The translations under genes and the position numbers were made by a program. 64,000 nucleotides of DNA from Candidatus Hydrothermarchaeum profundi (GTDB lineage Archaea; Hydrothermarchaeota; Hydrothermarchaeia; Hydrothermarchaeales; Hydrothermarchaeaceae): the NCBI GenBank assembly GCA_002011125.2, contig MTMF02000009.1:872989-936988 (forward strand), written 5' to 3'. Under the pieces are notes generated by a model. It was not told the origin of the DNA. It did not search any database and saw only the letters and a program-made list of their open reading frames with translations. The stretch's first letter is position 1. Each line of letters begins with the position of its first letter. This document shows, piece after piece, positions 1-9,301 of the stretch.

Positions 1-798
1 AATAGAGAGGTCTAGATACCTTCTCCTATAAAGGATTACTCCTGCAAGAGCGTAAATTAAATACTGGAAGAGATGATCTTCCCCATATATCAAAATCGAC
101 GAAAAAGGATAATTAAAAGCAACCAACCCTGCATTCCATTTGAAATAGGAAAATAAATCTCCAAAAGCTAGGTAATGTAGATAGAAATTTAGAAAAAGAG
201 ATGTTGGGATAATTAAAAAGAGAGGAATTTTTCTATAAAGCCCTCTCCTCAAAGCTAAGATAGCATAGGCTGGAAAAAGGACTATCCCATGAATTCTAGT
301 GGCTGTCGCAAATGCCGCGGAGAGAGAGCAAACCATTAGCCTTTCCTTCTTGAACATATACAGCGAAAGAAGCAAGGAGAAAAGGAATATTGGCTCCGAT
401 GCTCCAACGGAATGGTATATTAGCCACCTTGGAGGGAGAAATATGAAAAGCAGGGCGATGAAAAACGGATTCTTTACGTAATTAAATTCTTCAAGAAGAT
501 AGTAGAACATCAAAACCGACAGAACTGAGAAAATTAAGGTCACAAGAATCATTGAATTGAAAAATCCTATTGGGGAGAAAATACGTATGAGCAGAGGATA
601 AACTATCAAATGGGTTGAATAATAATATTCAGGCAGGGGAAAAGGGTTTGATTGGATATGATAAAAATTCTGGGCCACTATCACATAAAGAGGGCCATCA
701 TAATACCTCAAAATAGTATCGAAGTTTCCTAGAAATGGTAAATACACATAGGCAGACGAAGATAATGTTGCTACTATTAGCATAATCTTCTTATTCAT
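1..798 (-). CDS. Polytopic membrane glycosyltransferase, GT-C fold (PMT/PIG-V-like); runs off the left edge
   Basis: Not in the ORF track. Hand translation from ATG at 798: MNKKIMLIVATLSSSAYVYLPFLGNFDTILRYYDGPLYVIVAQNFY...YPLLIR...SEPIFL...TRIHGIVLFP...GDLFSYF. Many hydrophobic helices with GT-C-like D..Y, YP.L, E..FL and R..G motifs. Confidence 0.65.
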   Translation of the reverse strand, partial: MNKKIMLIVATLSSSAYVYLPFLGNFDTILRYYDGPLYVIVAQNFYHIQSNPFPLPEYYYSTHLIVYPLLIRIFSPIGFFNSMILVTLIFSVLSVLMFYYLLEEFNYVKNPFFIALLFIFLPPRWLIYHSVGASEPIFLFSLLLSLYMFKKERLMVCSLSAAFATATRIHGIVLFPAYAILALRRGLYRKIPLFLIIPTSLFLNFYLHYLAFGDLFSYFKWNAGLVAFNYPFSSILIYGEDHLFQYLIYALAGVILYRRRYLDLSI

Positions 799-1639
799 AT
801 TACATACCTTTTAAATAACGAAAAAGAAACTCAATTGAATACGAGACTAATTTCGTATATATAAATATTTTTTTTATTTGTCGTCTTGGCCGCCAAGGAG
901 GCATGCAGGAGGCTAAAGGAATAAATATAGAGACTGTAGGGAGTTCACTGACGAGAGAGCGAAGGCCCGAAAATGGAGGATCTCCAACTGAGGTCGAGAA
1001 GGTTCTTCAGTGTGTGATCGGAGCCTATGAGTGGGAGAATGGGGAGATACATAGGCTCAGGATAATCTAGAGTCTCTTAAGGAACTACTTATGATAGGAA
1101 AGACAGGCACAGAGAAGAACAGCACTGATCTTACTTTCAGGTTTGTAGGAGAAAAGGGACTCCTCCTTAAGGCATTCAGGTCCTTTACTGAAAAGAGAAG
1201 AAGCTCTATCAGCAGTCGAGGACTTCAAGAAAGTCTTTACGGCAGGCGAGATGGATGTGAAACCTGTCAATTACAAAAAATGTGAGGGCCACGATCCCAG
1301 TGTTGAGAATCTCATAGAGCTGATAGAGATTATAATAATGGACCCGTTCTTAAAGAGTATGATGGCTAGTACTAGGATTAAGCGGATGGAGAAGCTGGGG
1401 GGGACTTGGGGATCTTCTCAGACTCTGGGGATCCCCATGCAGAAGGCATCTTTATACTCAAAGATTAACTCTTGGCAGGGGCGTATTTCAATATATCTCT
1501 TTTACTAAAAGTATTTAATATGTTAATATATTGAGATAATTCTGAGGGGATGGACAGCCCAGATAGTACTCCTCTCTCCTCCTTCCCCTCCTCTCCTTCC
1601 TTACTTTTTTTATATATTCATAGAGTTATTTTCTGATAT

Positions 1640-2743
1640 ATGTTTAAAGAAATTCAAGAAGGTAAAACTAGGTTATTGGTTCCAATTAAAGAGTCACCCC
1701 TAGTAGAGAAACCTCCCGTCTTTTATAATCCACGAATGAAACTCAATAGAGATATCTGCTGTTCTGTTGTAAAAGTTCTAATGAAAAAGGAGGATATCAC
1801 CTTCGCTGACTTGTTGGCAGGTACTGGAGCCAAGGGTATTAGAGTTGCTAATGAGACTGGATGTAAGGTGCATCTTAATGATGCAAATACTGAGGCTTAT
1901 CATCTAATTCTAAAAAATGCGAAACTTAATAATTTACGGGTATATATCTCAAATAAAGAAGCTAATTTATTCCTACACGAAAAAGGGAGATTTGAATTTA
2001 TAGACATAGACCCTTTTGGCACGCCGGTTCCTTTCTTAGACGCTGCAGTTATGAGGGTCAAAAGGACCGGATATCTCGGAGTAACGGCGACTGATACAGC
2101 ACCACTTTGTGGGGTGTACCCTAAGACATGTTATCGAAAATATGGGGCGATTCCCATTAGATCAGAGTTTTGCCATGAGATTGGTCTGCGGATATTACTT
2201 GGATATATAGCTAAGACCGCTGCAAAATATGGTAGAGGGATTAATTGTCTTATCAGTCATTCTACTGACCATTACTTTAGGATATACGTGCAGTTATCTG
2301 AAGGAAACACAATAGCAAAAAAAGCCTTGGAAAATTTAGGCTATGTGTATTATTGCAGAAAATGCAAAATCCGGGAGTATGAAAAAGGAGTTTTTCCATC
2401 TTCTAAAAAATGCAACTGTGATAGATCTTACGAAGTAGGCGGTCCGCTTTGGTTAGGAAAAATAAAAGACCAAAAGTTTAGCAGTGCCGTGTTAAAAGAA
2501 TCTGAGTATTTAAACGACAGGAGACTTCATAACCTCCTTACCCTAATTTGTGAGGAAGTAGAAATACCCTTCTACTATGATATCCACAAGCTCTGCAAAT
2601 CTCTTAAAAGAAGTGCACCGCCGATAGACAAGATCATTTCAAAATTGAGAAGTAAAGGATACATAGCTTCTAGGACTCATTTTTCTCCGACGAGCATTAA
2701 AACAGATGCTCCAATTGAGGAATTAAATTTCATCCTCCTCTAA
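1640..2743 (+). CDS. trm1: tRNA (guanine-26-N2)-dimethyltransferase
   Basis: VFYNPRMKLNRD, DLLAGTGAKGIR, DIDPFGTP, TATDTAPLCG, GPLWLG and RTHFSPTSIKTDA motifs of Trm1. Confidence 0.95.
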   Translation: MFKEIQEGKTRLLVPIKESPLVEKPPVFYNPRMKLNRDICCSVVKVLMKKEDITFADLLAGTGAKGIRVANETGCKVHLNDANTEAYHLILKNAKLNNLRVYISNKEANLFLHEKGRFEFIDIDPFGTPVPFLDAAVMRVKRTGYLGVTATDTAPLCGVYPKTCYRKYGAIPIRSEFCHEIGLRILLGYIAKTAAKYGRGINCLISHSTDHYFRIYVQLSEGNTIAKKALENLGYVYYCRKCKIREYEKGVFPSSKKCNCDRSYEVGGPLWLGKIKDQKFSSAVLKESEYLNDRRLHNLLTLICEEVEIPFYYDIHKLCKSLKRSAPPIDKIISKLRSKGYIASRTHFSPTSIKTDAPIEELNFILL

Positions 2744-2857
2744 GCAATACTCGCAGAGCATTTCAACAGGGTCTCCACATTTGTCGCAGAACTCTATACT
2801 GCACTGTGAGCACTTGTATATCGTTGTTTTATCGTTGCATATACCACATTCCTTCAT
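2723..2857 (-). CDS. 44-aa zinc-finger microprotein with four CxxC motifs
   Basis: Hand translation MKECGICNDKTTIYKCSQCSIEFCDKCGDPVEMLCEYCLEEDEI. The ATG lies 1 nt after the rlmE stop. Paralog at 10630-10770. Confidence 0.75.
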   Translation of the reverse strand: MKECGICNDKTTIYKCSQCSIEFCDKCGDPVEMLCEYCLEEDEI

Positions 2858-2858
2858 G

Positions 2859-3479
2859 CTATCTACCTACTTCTTTTGGATATTTAAATCCTTTTCCAAT
2901 TATGTAGATCTCAGCGCTTTTTCCCCTAGAGGCTTTAGGTTTAGTTCTCTTAGCTAACGTAAAATTGTCTTTTACTTCCTTAAAGAAATCATCTACTTCC
3001 CGCCCTTGGAATATTTTCACTAGAAAGTTTCCTCTATTTCTGAGAACCATAGTTGCAATCTCTAAGGCACTTCTACACAACTCTACCGACCGATAGTGAT
3101 CGATATCCCAAACCCCTGAGATATTGGGTGAGGCATCAGATATCACAGCATCGACATATCCTACTGTATCAATTATTTTCTGTACCGTCTCTTTATTGGT
3201 GAAGTCGCCTTTTAGTGTTATGACATTATCAAATCCAAGTTCTTCTATTTCTTCCAAATCCACTCCTAACACGAAGCCCTCTTTAGCTACCAGCTCTCTA
3301 GTAACTTGCATCCATCCCCCCGGGGCAGCTCCTAAGTCAACGACCTTATAGCCTCTCCTAATTAAATCGAATTTTCTGTTTAACTGCTTCAACTTATAGG
3401 CGGCTCTAGAACGGTATCTCTCTCTTTTTGCCTTTTTATAATAGTATTCGTTTTTCTTATCTTTATACCATCGTGTCAT
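2859..3479 (-). CDS. rlmE: 23S rRNA 2'-O-ribose methyltransferase RlmE/FtsJ
   Basis: YRSRAAYKLKQL, VDLGAAPGGW, SDASPN, VKIFQG and KPKASR..SAEIY motifs. Confidence 0.95.
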   Translation of the reverse strand: MTRWYKDKKNEYYYKKAKRERYRSRAAYKLKQLNRKFDLIRRGYKVVDLGAAPGGWMQVTRELVAKEGFVLGVDLEEIEELGFDNVITLKGDFTNKETVQKIIDTVGYVDAVISDASPNISGVWDIDHYRSVELCRSALEIATMVLRNRGNFLVKIFQGREVDDFFKEVKDNFTLAKRTKPKASRGKSAEIYIIGKGFKYPKEVGR

Positions 3480-3480
3480 T

Positions 3481-3861
3481 TTATTTCTCCAGCATTATCA
3501 CGAGTTCCTCATTCTCAAGCCGTTTCTCTACTATCCTATATTCTTTTGGTATCGCAAAGAGCTTGAAGTATACTTTATCCCCTTTTTTGGCTCTAACTTC
3601 CAGTGAGTTCTCAAGTCTCTTAATATCAACATCTCTTAGGGATACTTCAGGTATTTTTACCCACACCACTATAGAGTGATTTTTTCTAAGGATTTTAGAA
3701 TGCGGCTCTACAACCTCCTTATGACCGATTCTTTTAGCTTTCCTCTTGTTTATCTCCTCTTCTAACTTAAATCTGACTTCGTCAAAAAAACTCTTAAAAA
3801 TGAAAAAAAGCAGTATCAACCCCAAAATCAATGGGATCAATCTTAGGAGAAACATGACCAT
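3481..3861 (-). CDS. Protein with an N-terminal transmembrane helix and an Hsp20/alpha-crystallin-like domain
   Basis: Hydrophobic N-terminus. The C-terminal IVVWVKIPEV..DVDIK...SLEVRA...K.FAIP...LENEELVIML pattern resembles the alpha-crystallin fold. Confidence 0.55.
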   Translation of the reverse strand: MVMFLLRLIPLILGLILLFFIFKSFFDEVRFKLEEEINKRKAKRIGHKEVVEPHSKILRKNHSIVVWVKIPEVSLRDVDIKRLENSLEVRAKKGDKVYFKLFAIPKEYRIVEKRLENEELVIMLEK

Positions 3862-6491
3862 CAGGATTTCCCCTTCAACTCTTTTAATATCTCTTCAAGT
3901 TTAGTTAACTCTTCTCCATATTTTGCCCAGTTACCCTCCCGCAAGTATTCCTTGGCTTTATCGTAATGTGTTAGCGCCTCACTTATCAGTTCTTCTACGG
4001 TCTTTTCCCCCATCTTTTTGACTACAACTTTCTTAGGCGCTTTGCCAAAAATAACTTCTAATGATTCCTCGAGGGTTTCCTGCATTGTTAGCCTATCCCC
4101 GTAAGCTACTATAACTCTCTTTAACTCTGGAAGCGAGCCTTCTTGTTCAGCTCTCAAATATATCGGTTCGACATAAAGCAATGATTTTTTCACCGGTATC
4201 ACAAGAAGATTACCTCTCAAAACCCTAGAACCTGCTTGGCTCCAAAGGGTGAATCTTTGTGATATTTCAGCATCTTGATCTATTCTTGCTTCTATTTGAA
4301 TAGGACCATATACGAGCTTACCTTTGGGGAAAATATAAACAATCTTGTGGCCGTAGTTAGGCACATCTCCCCTAGCCGCTAGCCAAGCTATCATATTGTT
4401 TTTTCCTCTCGGCGTGAAGGGTGTAAGTATTATAAATTCTTCTTTTTCCTCCCCTGGTAGTTTCGTTATAAGATAATACGGCTCTAATTTGATCCTGTTT
4501 CCCTCATATATCTCTTCAGGAATATCCCATGCGTCCTCTCTATTGTAGAAAACTCTAGGATCTTTCATATGGTAGACAGCATATTTCTCTGCCTGTATTT
4601 TGAATAAATCTTCAGGATACCTTATATGCATCTTGGGATCCTTCGGCATTTCAGAAAATGGCTTGAAAAGCTTTGGGAATATGTTCATGTAGGTGCTTAT
4701 AATAGGATCTTCTTCAACAACATAGAAATCTGTGTCTCCATTATATGCGTCTATAGTAATTTTTACTGTGTTTCTGATGTAATTATATCCTCCAGTAGGC
4801 TCAGAGTAGGGGTATCTATTTGTAACGGTATATGCATCTAGCATCCAATATAATCTCCCATCGGAAGACACAACTAGGTAGGGGTCGCTGTCATAAACTA
4901 AAAATGGAGCTATAGCGTTAACTCTTTCCATTATGTTTCTATTGAAAATGATCCTACTCTCACTTGTTACGGAGTTACTTACGAGAATCCTGAGTGTGTT
5001 GAATCTAAATGCCATAGCCATTTTTCTAATGTAAGATGAGAGTGGAATTCCTCCTGTGCCTTGATAGGTTGTATAGACTCCAAGATCTCCTCTGGGATAG
5101 TCGAATTCTTCGGTCGTCGTTTTAACTATCACATAATCTTTCACAATTTCTCCGTAGTATATTTCCGGCCTTGTGATATTGAAGTAGGGAGATACTGGAG
5201 GTATATCTTTAATATAAAAAATTGGCAATCCTTCACTAGAAACCTCTCTCACAGGGCTCATCGCAAGTCCATATCCGTGAGTGAAAGTAAGTCTTTCTTT
5301 AACCCACGACCTCTCTTGGAGAAGTTCTGGGTTAATCTCCCTCGCTGAAAGCATAACTTGTTTGTAGTCTCCGTTAATGTAATATCTATCAACGTCTACA
5401 TCGTTGAACTCGTAGTAAGTTCGTATCAACTGGACCTGCCGATAGGTTCTCATGAGAGGACGCCAGTCCCACAATCGTATATTATCTATTATCTGAGAAT
5501 TATTTGCAATATCCTCGTATGTGAGATCTAAAGCGGCTGGAAATTCGATCTCTTCGATGTCGGTAAGACCGTATGCATATCTTGTCGCATCAATATTGTA
5601 CTTCAGATACTCTTTCTCGAGATTAAACTCATCGGGTGAGACCTCATATTGTTGAACTATCCCCGCGATACTATTACCTATTATCCCAACCACAATTAAG
5701 AGGGCTATTCCAGCAGCCGGGATTTTAATGTTCCTAACTCTCATGGTTGCGAAGAAGGCCAGAGCCACAAATAGAGAAAGGATCGCTGTGAAGGTTATAA
5801 GAGGGAGCTGGACTTTTATATCTGTATAACCGGCACCATAAACTGCGCCTCTAGTTGAATAGAGTATGGAATACCTATCCAGTACATATCCGATGGATAT
5901 CAGGAGGAATATTATGCCAACCAATAAATATAGATGGTTTAATGCGGATTTTTCGAGCTTCGGATATTCTATTCCGTACCTTCCATATTCGTCTTTCACA
6001 ATAGCGCCGCTAAATAGCATATAAAAACCAAAAGACATTAGGGCAACTATACCTATCCCAAAAAGGAGGATGTTTTTAATGTAAAAATAAAAGGGAAGGG
6101 TGAAAACATAGAAACTTATATCTTTATTGAAAATAGGGTCTGCGATATTAAAGGGGACTTGGTTTTTGTACTTTAAAACCGTCTCCCATCCTACGGTGGA
6201 GACAAGTCCCATGAAAATAGCGAAAATTAGAATAACGGTTAAAGTTATAGGGGTAAAGCCTGCGCCTTCTCCTAATGAGGCTTTCATCGCCCATTTCACA
6301 TTTATATAGGCTAATACGAAAAATAAGACGCCCCATATAATGGCGAGAGTTACTTTAGTTTCTAAAATAGTTAAGAAAACGCTTAGATACCCCACTTCTG
6401 TAAACCACAAGTAGTCTACGTAGAATCCTATTAATGCCGGTATGAATAGAAAGGAAGCTACTATTAGGCCTATGATGAGTTTGAAGTTCAT
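3861..6491 (-). CDS. UPF0182 family membrane protein
   Basis: DYLWF.EVGY, DPIFNKDISFYVF.LP, NIRLWD, YYEF.DVDVDRY, FTHGYG, HIRYPEDLF, LVYGP.QIEARI.QD and GNLLVIP...LLYVEPIY motifs. Confidence 0.92.
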   Translation of the reverse strand: MNFKLIIGLIVASFLFIPALIGFYVDYLWFTEVGYLSVFLTILETKVTLAIIWGVLFFVLAYINVKWAMKASLGEGAGFTPITLTVILIFAIFMGLVSTVGWETVLKYKNQVPFNIADPIFNKDISFYVFTLPFYFYIKNILLFGIGIVALMSFGFYMLFSGAIVKDEYGRYGIEYPKLEKSALNHLYLLVGIIFLLISIGYVLDRYSILYSTRGAVYGAGYTDIKVQLPLITFTAILSLFVALAFFATMRVRNIKIPAAGIALLIVVGIIGNSIAGIVQQYEVSPDEFNLEKEYLKYNIDATRYAYGLTDIEEIEFPAALDLTYEDIANNSQIIDNIRLWDWRPLMRTYRQVQLIRTYYEFNDVDVDRYYINGDYKQVMLSAREINPELLQERSWVKERLTFTHGYGLAMSPVREVSSEGLPIFYIKDIPPVSPYFNITRPEIYYGEIVKDYVIVKTTTEEFDYPRGDLGVYTTYQGTGGIPLSSYIRKMAMAFRFNTLRILVSNSVTSESRIIFNRNIMERVNAIAPFLVYDSDPYLVVSSDGRLYWMLDAYTVTNRYPYSEPTGGYNYIRNTVKITIDAYNGDTDFYVVEEDPIISTYMNIFPKLFKPFSEMPKDPKMHIRYPEDLFKIQAEKYAVYHMKDPRVFYNREDAWDIPEEIYEGNRIKLEPYYLITKLPGEEKEEFIILTPFTPRGKNNMIAWLAARGDVPNYGHKIVYIFPKGKLVYGPIQIEARIDQDAEISQRFTLWSQAGSRVLRGNLLVIPVKKSLLYVEPIYLRAEQEGSLPELKRVIVAYGDRLTMQETLEESLEVIFGKAPKKVVVKKMGEKTVEELISEALTHYDKAKEYLREGNWAKYGEELTKLEEILKELKGKS

Positions 6492-6621
6492 GGAATTAAT
6501 GTAAAATTTATAGTATATATGGATTTAGGATGCAATATGTAAAGACAACCCATATTTGAAATGACACTACAATAAAATTTTTATACGATAATTTAGTAAC
6601 TTTTTGTAGAAAAAAGGTGGG

Positions 6622-6736
6622 CACTAGAACTTTCGTGATGTTGCAAATCTAGGTCTGCGACATCTAACATGATGTTGATAGGCCTTCTTTGAAGTAGCTA
6701 AAAAATTCTGGAGGTACTTTCATGAAGGTTCTGGTG
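6622..6736 (+). ncRNA. Candidate structured leader RNA upstream of ino1-IPCT/DIPPS
   Basis: 6622-6638 pairs with 6720-6736 over 17 contiguous bp; the only three non-Watson-Crick pairs are G-U. The stem encloses further hairpins. A TATA-like TTTTATAC lies about 35-45 nt upstream. Confidence 0.45.
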
Positions 6737-6885
6737 AATGGTCGGGGTAAAAATTTAAAGCAGGGTATAGTAGGGGTCTTGTATCAAGTACTACCTCTAA
6801 TTAATCAGGGAAGACTATCGAAGTATAATTACCAGAGTTATTCTGTGCTGACTCTTACTTTTAATACTTAAATAATAAGTAGGAG

Positions 6886-7998
6886 GTGAAGGCGTTGGGA
6901 AAGGTAAAAGTAGCTATAGCTGGCGTGGGCAATTGTGCCTCATCTTTAGTGCAAGGTGTGGAATACTATAAAGACGCAGACCCAGAGGACTTTATACCCG
7001 GGCTTATGCACGTAAATTTTGGGGGATACCACATTTCTGATATAGAATTCGTTGCAGCCTTTGATGTAAATGCAAATAAAGTAGGAAAAGATTTAAGCGA
7101 AGCTATCTTTACTGAACCCAACTGCACCACAAAGTTTTCAGAAGTTCCCTATTTAGGAGTAGAAGTTCAAAAAGCTCCAGTAATGGATGGAATAGGTAAA
7201 TACCTGAGGGGGGTCGTTCCTATAGACAAGCATCAAGAGCCAGTGGATGTGGTGGAAGTCTTAGAAGATGCTGGAGCTGATATATTAGTAAATTATCTAC
7301 CGGTAGGAAGCGCTAAATCAACACAATTCTATGCACAGGCAGCCATAGATGCCGGATGTGGTTTTGTAAACTGTATACCAGAATTTATAGCCTCCGACCA
7401 AAAGTGGGCGGACATGTTCGATAAGGCAGGGCTCCCTGTTGCAGGCGATGACATAAAGAGTCAGGTCGGTGCAACGATATTACACAGAACATTGATTCAG
7501 TTGCTGAAGGATAGGGGAGTTAAGGTCAAGAAGACTTATCAGCTTAATATCGGAGGAAATACCGATTTCCAGAATATGCTACAAGAGTCCCGGCTGAAAT
7601 CAAAGAGAATATCCAAAACAGAGGCAGTGACCTCTATCTTAGACTACGATTTTCCAACAAGGATAGGTCCAAGCGATTATGTACCTTTCTTGAATGATAA
7701 TAAACAGGCCTTTATACATGTAGAGGGGGAGAAGTTTGGTGGTGTGCCGTTAACTATCGATCTACGGCTGTCAGTAGAAGACTCTCCAAACAGCGCTGGG
7801 GTATCTGTGGATGCGATAAGAGCAGTAAAGATAGCGTTGGATAATGGCGTATCAGGACCATTGGAGGGCGTTTCAGCATATTTCTTCAAGCATCCACCGG
7901 TCCAGTATCCAGATAGGATAGCGAGACAAATGGTCGAAGAATTTATAGAGAAATACAGTGTTTCTCCAAAAGTTGCTCCAGAGATTGAAGTTCCCTGA
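6886..7998 (+). CDS. ino1: Myo-inositol-1-phosphate synthase
   Basis: GVGNCASSLVQG, NYLPVGS, GDDIKSQVGAT, QLNIGGNTDF, SK.ISKT and EDSPNSAG motifs; AGGAGG at the start. Confidence 0.96.
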   Translation: MKALGKVKVAIAGVGNCASSLVQGVEYYKDADPEDFIPGLMHVNFGGYHISDIEFVAAFDVNANKVGKDLSEAIFTEPNCTTKFSEVPYLGVEVQKAPVMDGIGKYLRGVVPIDKHQEPVDVVEVLEDAGADILVNYLPVGSAKSTQFYAQAAIDAGCGFVNCIPEFIASDQKWADMFDKAGLPVAGDDIKSQVGATILHRTLIQLLKDRGVKVKKTYQLNIGGNTDFQNMLQESRLKSKRISKTEAVTSILDYDFPTRIGPSDYVPFLNDNKQAFIHVEGEKFGGVPLTIDLRLSVEDSPNSAGVSVDAIRAVKIALDNGVSGPLEGVSAYFFKHPPVQYPDRIARQMVEEFIEKYSVSPKVAPEIEVP

Positions 7999-8008
7999 GT
8001 TGAATAAA

Positions 8009-9301
8009 ATGGGGGGTTTAAAAATTAAGGCGGTCATACTGGCTGCCGGGAAAGGCGAGAGGTTCGGGGATAGTTTGCCTAAGCCTCTCGCGAAACTCTT
8101 TGAAAAGCCATTGATAGAGTATATAATAGAGAGCTTAGAAAAAGTTGGTATTTCCGAGATAATTGTTGTATACCATGATGAAAGAGTTCGAGATTTTGTG
8201 CGGAGCAGATGTAAAACCGTCTACAACCCGCATGTTGAAAGAGGAGAAGGTTATTCTCTCTTACTAGGTGCAAAAGCATCTGGAGGCGGTCCATTTCTAC
8301 TTTTAATGTCAGATCATTTTTTTGATAGAGAAATTCTTAGTAGACTCTTAAATTCTAACACAAAAAGCACTACTCTCTGTATTGACAAGGATATCTATGA
8401 TAAAGACTTGGATGAAGCAACTAAAGTTCTAGTGGAAGGCTCTAAAATAATAAGTATAGGAAAAAATATAAAGAAATTTAATGCTATAGACACAGGGATT
8501 TTTCTCTGCACTAATGAAGTAACCGAGATCGCTGGGGAGTTTGAGGGTAAGTTTACTGTGACCGATGTAATGAGTAAACTATCTCAAAAGGGAAAACTAT
8601 TGGCATGCGATGTAACAGGATTCTTTTGGCGTGATATAGATACAAAAGAGGAACTCATAAAAGTAGAGAATTTTATTTTAAAATCGTTGGTGAAACCTTC
8701 TGATGGCATTATTTCGAGGCATATTAACAGGAAGCTTTCTATACCTCTTTCAAGATTGCTCGTAAAGACTAGGATAACTCCGAATCAAATGACTTTTGTT
8801 TCATTCTTTTTCGGCATCCTATCCGCAGTTCTCTTTGGGTTGAATAAAAATATATATGCCGGTATATTCGCACAGATTACCTCAATATTAGATGGATGCG
8901 ATGGCGAAATAGCGAGAATAAAGGGCACGGAATCAAAGTTTGGAGCATATTTTGATTCTATCACAGATAGATACGCGGATATCGCTATTATCCTTGGCAT
9001 GATTGCCACAGCACCTGACAAGCTCTGGCTTATAGGAAGCCTAGCTCTTTTGGGTACTTACTCTATAAGCTATAGCGTTTCAAGGATGGAGACTTTAGCA
9101 AACAAGAGGTTTATTGGCGGTATAGCGGGATTTATGACGCGAGATGTTAGACTCTTTATAATAATGATAGGGGGCCTCTTTAACCAAATATTTCTGACTC
9201 TCTTAATTCTCGCAATTTTCACGAATTTCGTAGTGTTATCAAGGATACTTAGTGCTAGAAAGGTGATGGAACATGTCTCGCTTACTAAGCAAGGCATGTA
9301 G
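8009..9301 (+). CDS. Bifunctional CTP:inositol-1-phosphate cytidylyltransferase / di-myo-inositol-phosphate-phosphate synthase (IPCT/DIPPS)
   Basis: N-terminal NTP-transferase domain (AVILAAGKGERF...PKPL, WRDIDT) fused to a CDP-alcohol phosphotransferase (DGIISRHINRKLS, DGCDGEIAR...G.YFDSITD). Directly after ino1. Start moved to ATG 8009. Confidence 0.9.
   Translation: MGGLKIKAVILAAGKGERFGDSLPKPLAKLFEKPLIEYIIESLEKVGISEIIVVYHDERVRDFVRSRCKTVYNPHVERGEGYSLLLGAKASGGGPFLLLMSDHFFDREILSRLLNSNTKSTTLCIDKDIYDKDLDEATKVLVEGSKIISIGKNIKKFNAIDTGIFLCTNEVTEIAGEFEGKFTVTDVMSKLSQKGKLLACDVTGFFWRDIDTKEELIKVENFILKSLVKPSDGIISRHINRKLSIPLSRLLVKTRITPNQMTFVSFFFGILSAVLFGLNKNIYAGIFAQITSILDGCDGEIARIKGTESKFGAYFDSITDRYADIAIILGMIATAPDKLWLIGSLALLGTYSISYSVSRMETLANKRFIGGIAGFMTRDVRLFIIMIGGLFNQIFLTLLILAIFTNFVVLSRILSARKVMEHVSLTKQGM

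Noticed and set aside
1569-1611. Polypyrimidine tract upstream of trm1
   Set aside because: Simple low-complexity sequence; may be a terminator, but there is no further support.
6722-6871. 49-aa ORF starting MKVLVNG as a ThiS/MoaD sulfur carrier
   Set aside because: No C-terminal GG and no further similarity; kept only as a possible uORF.
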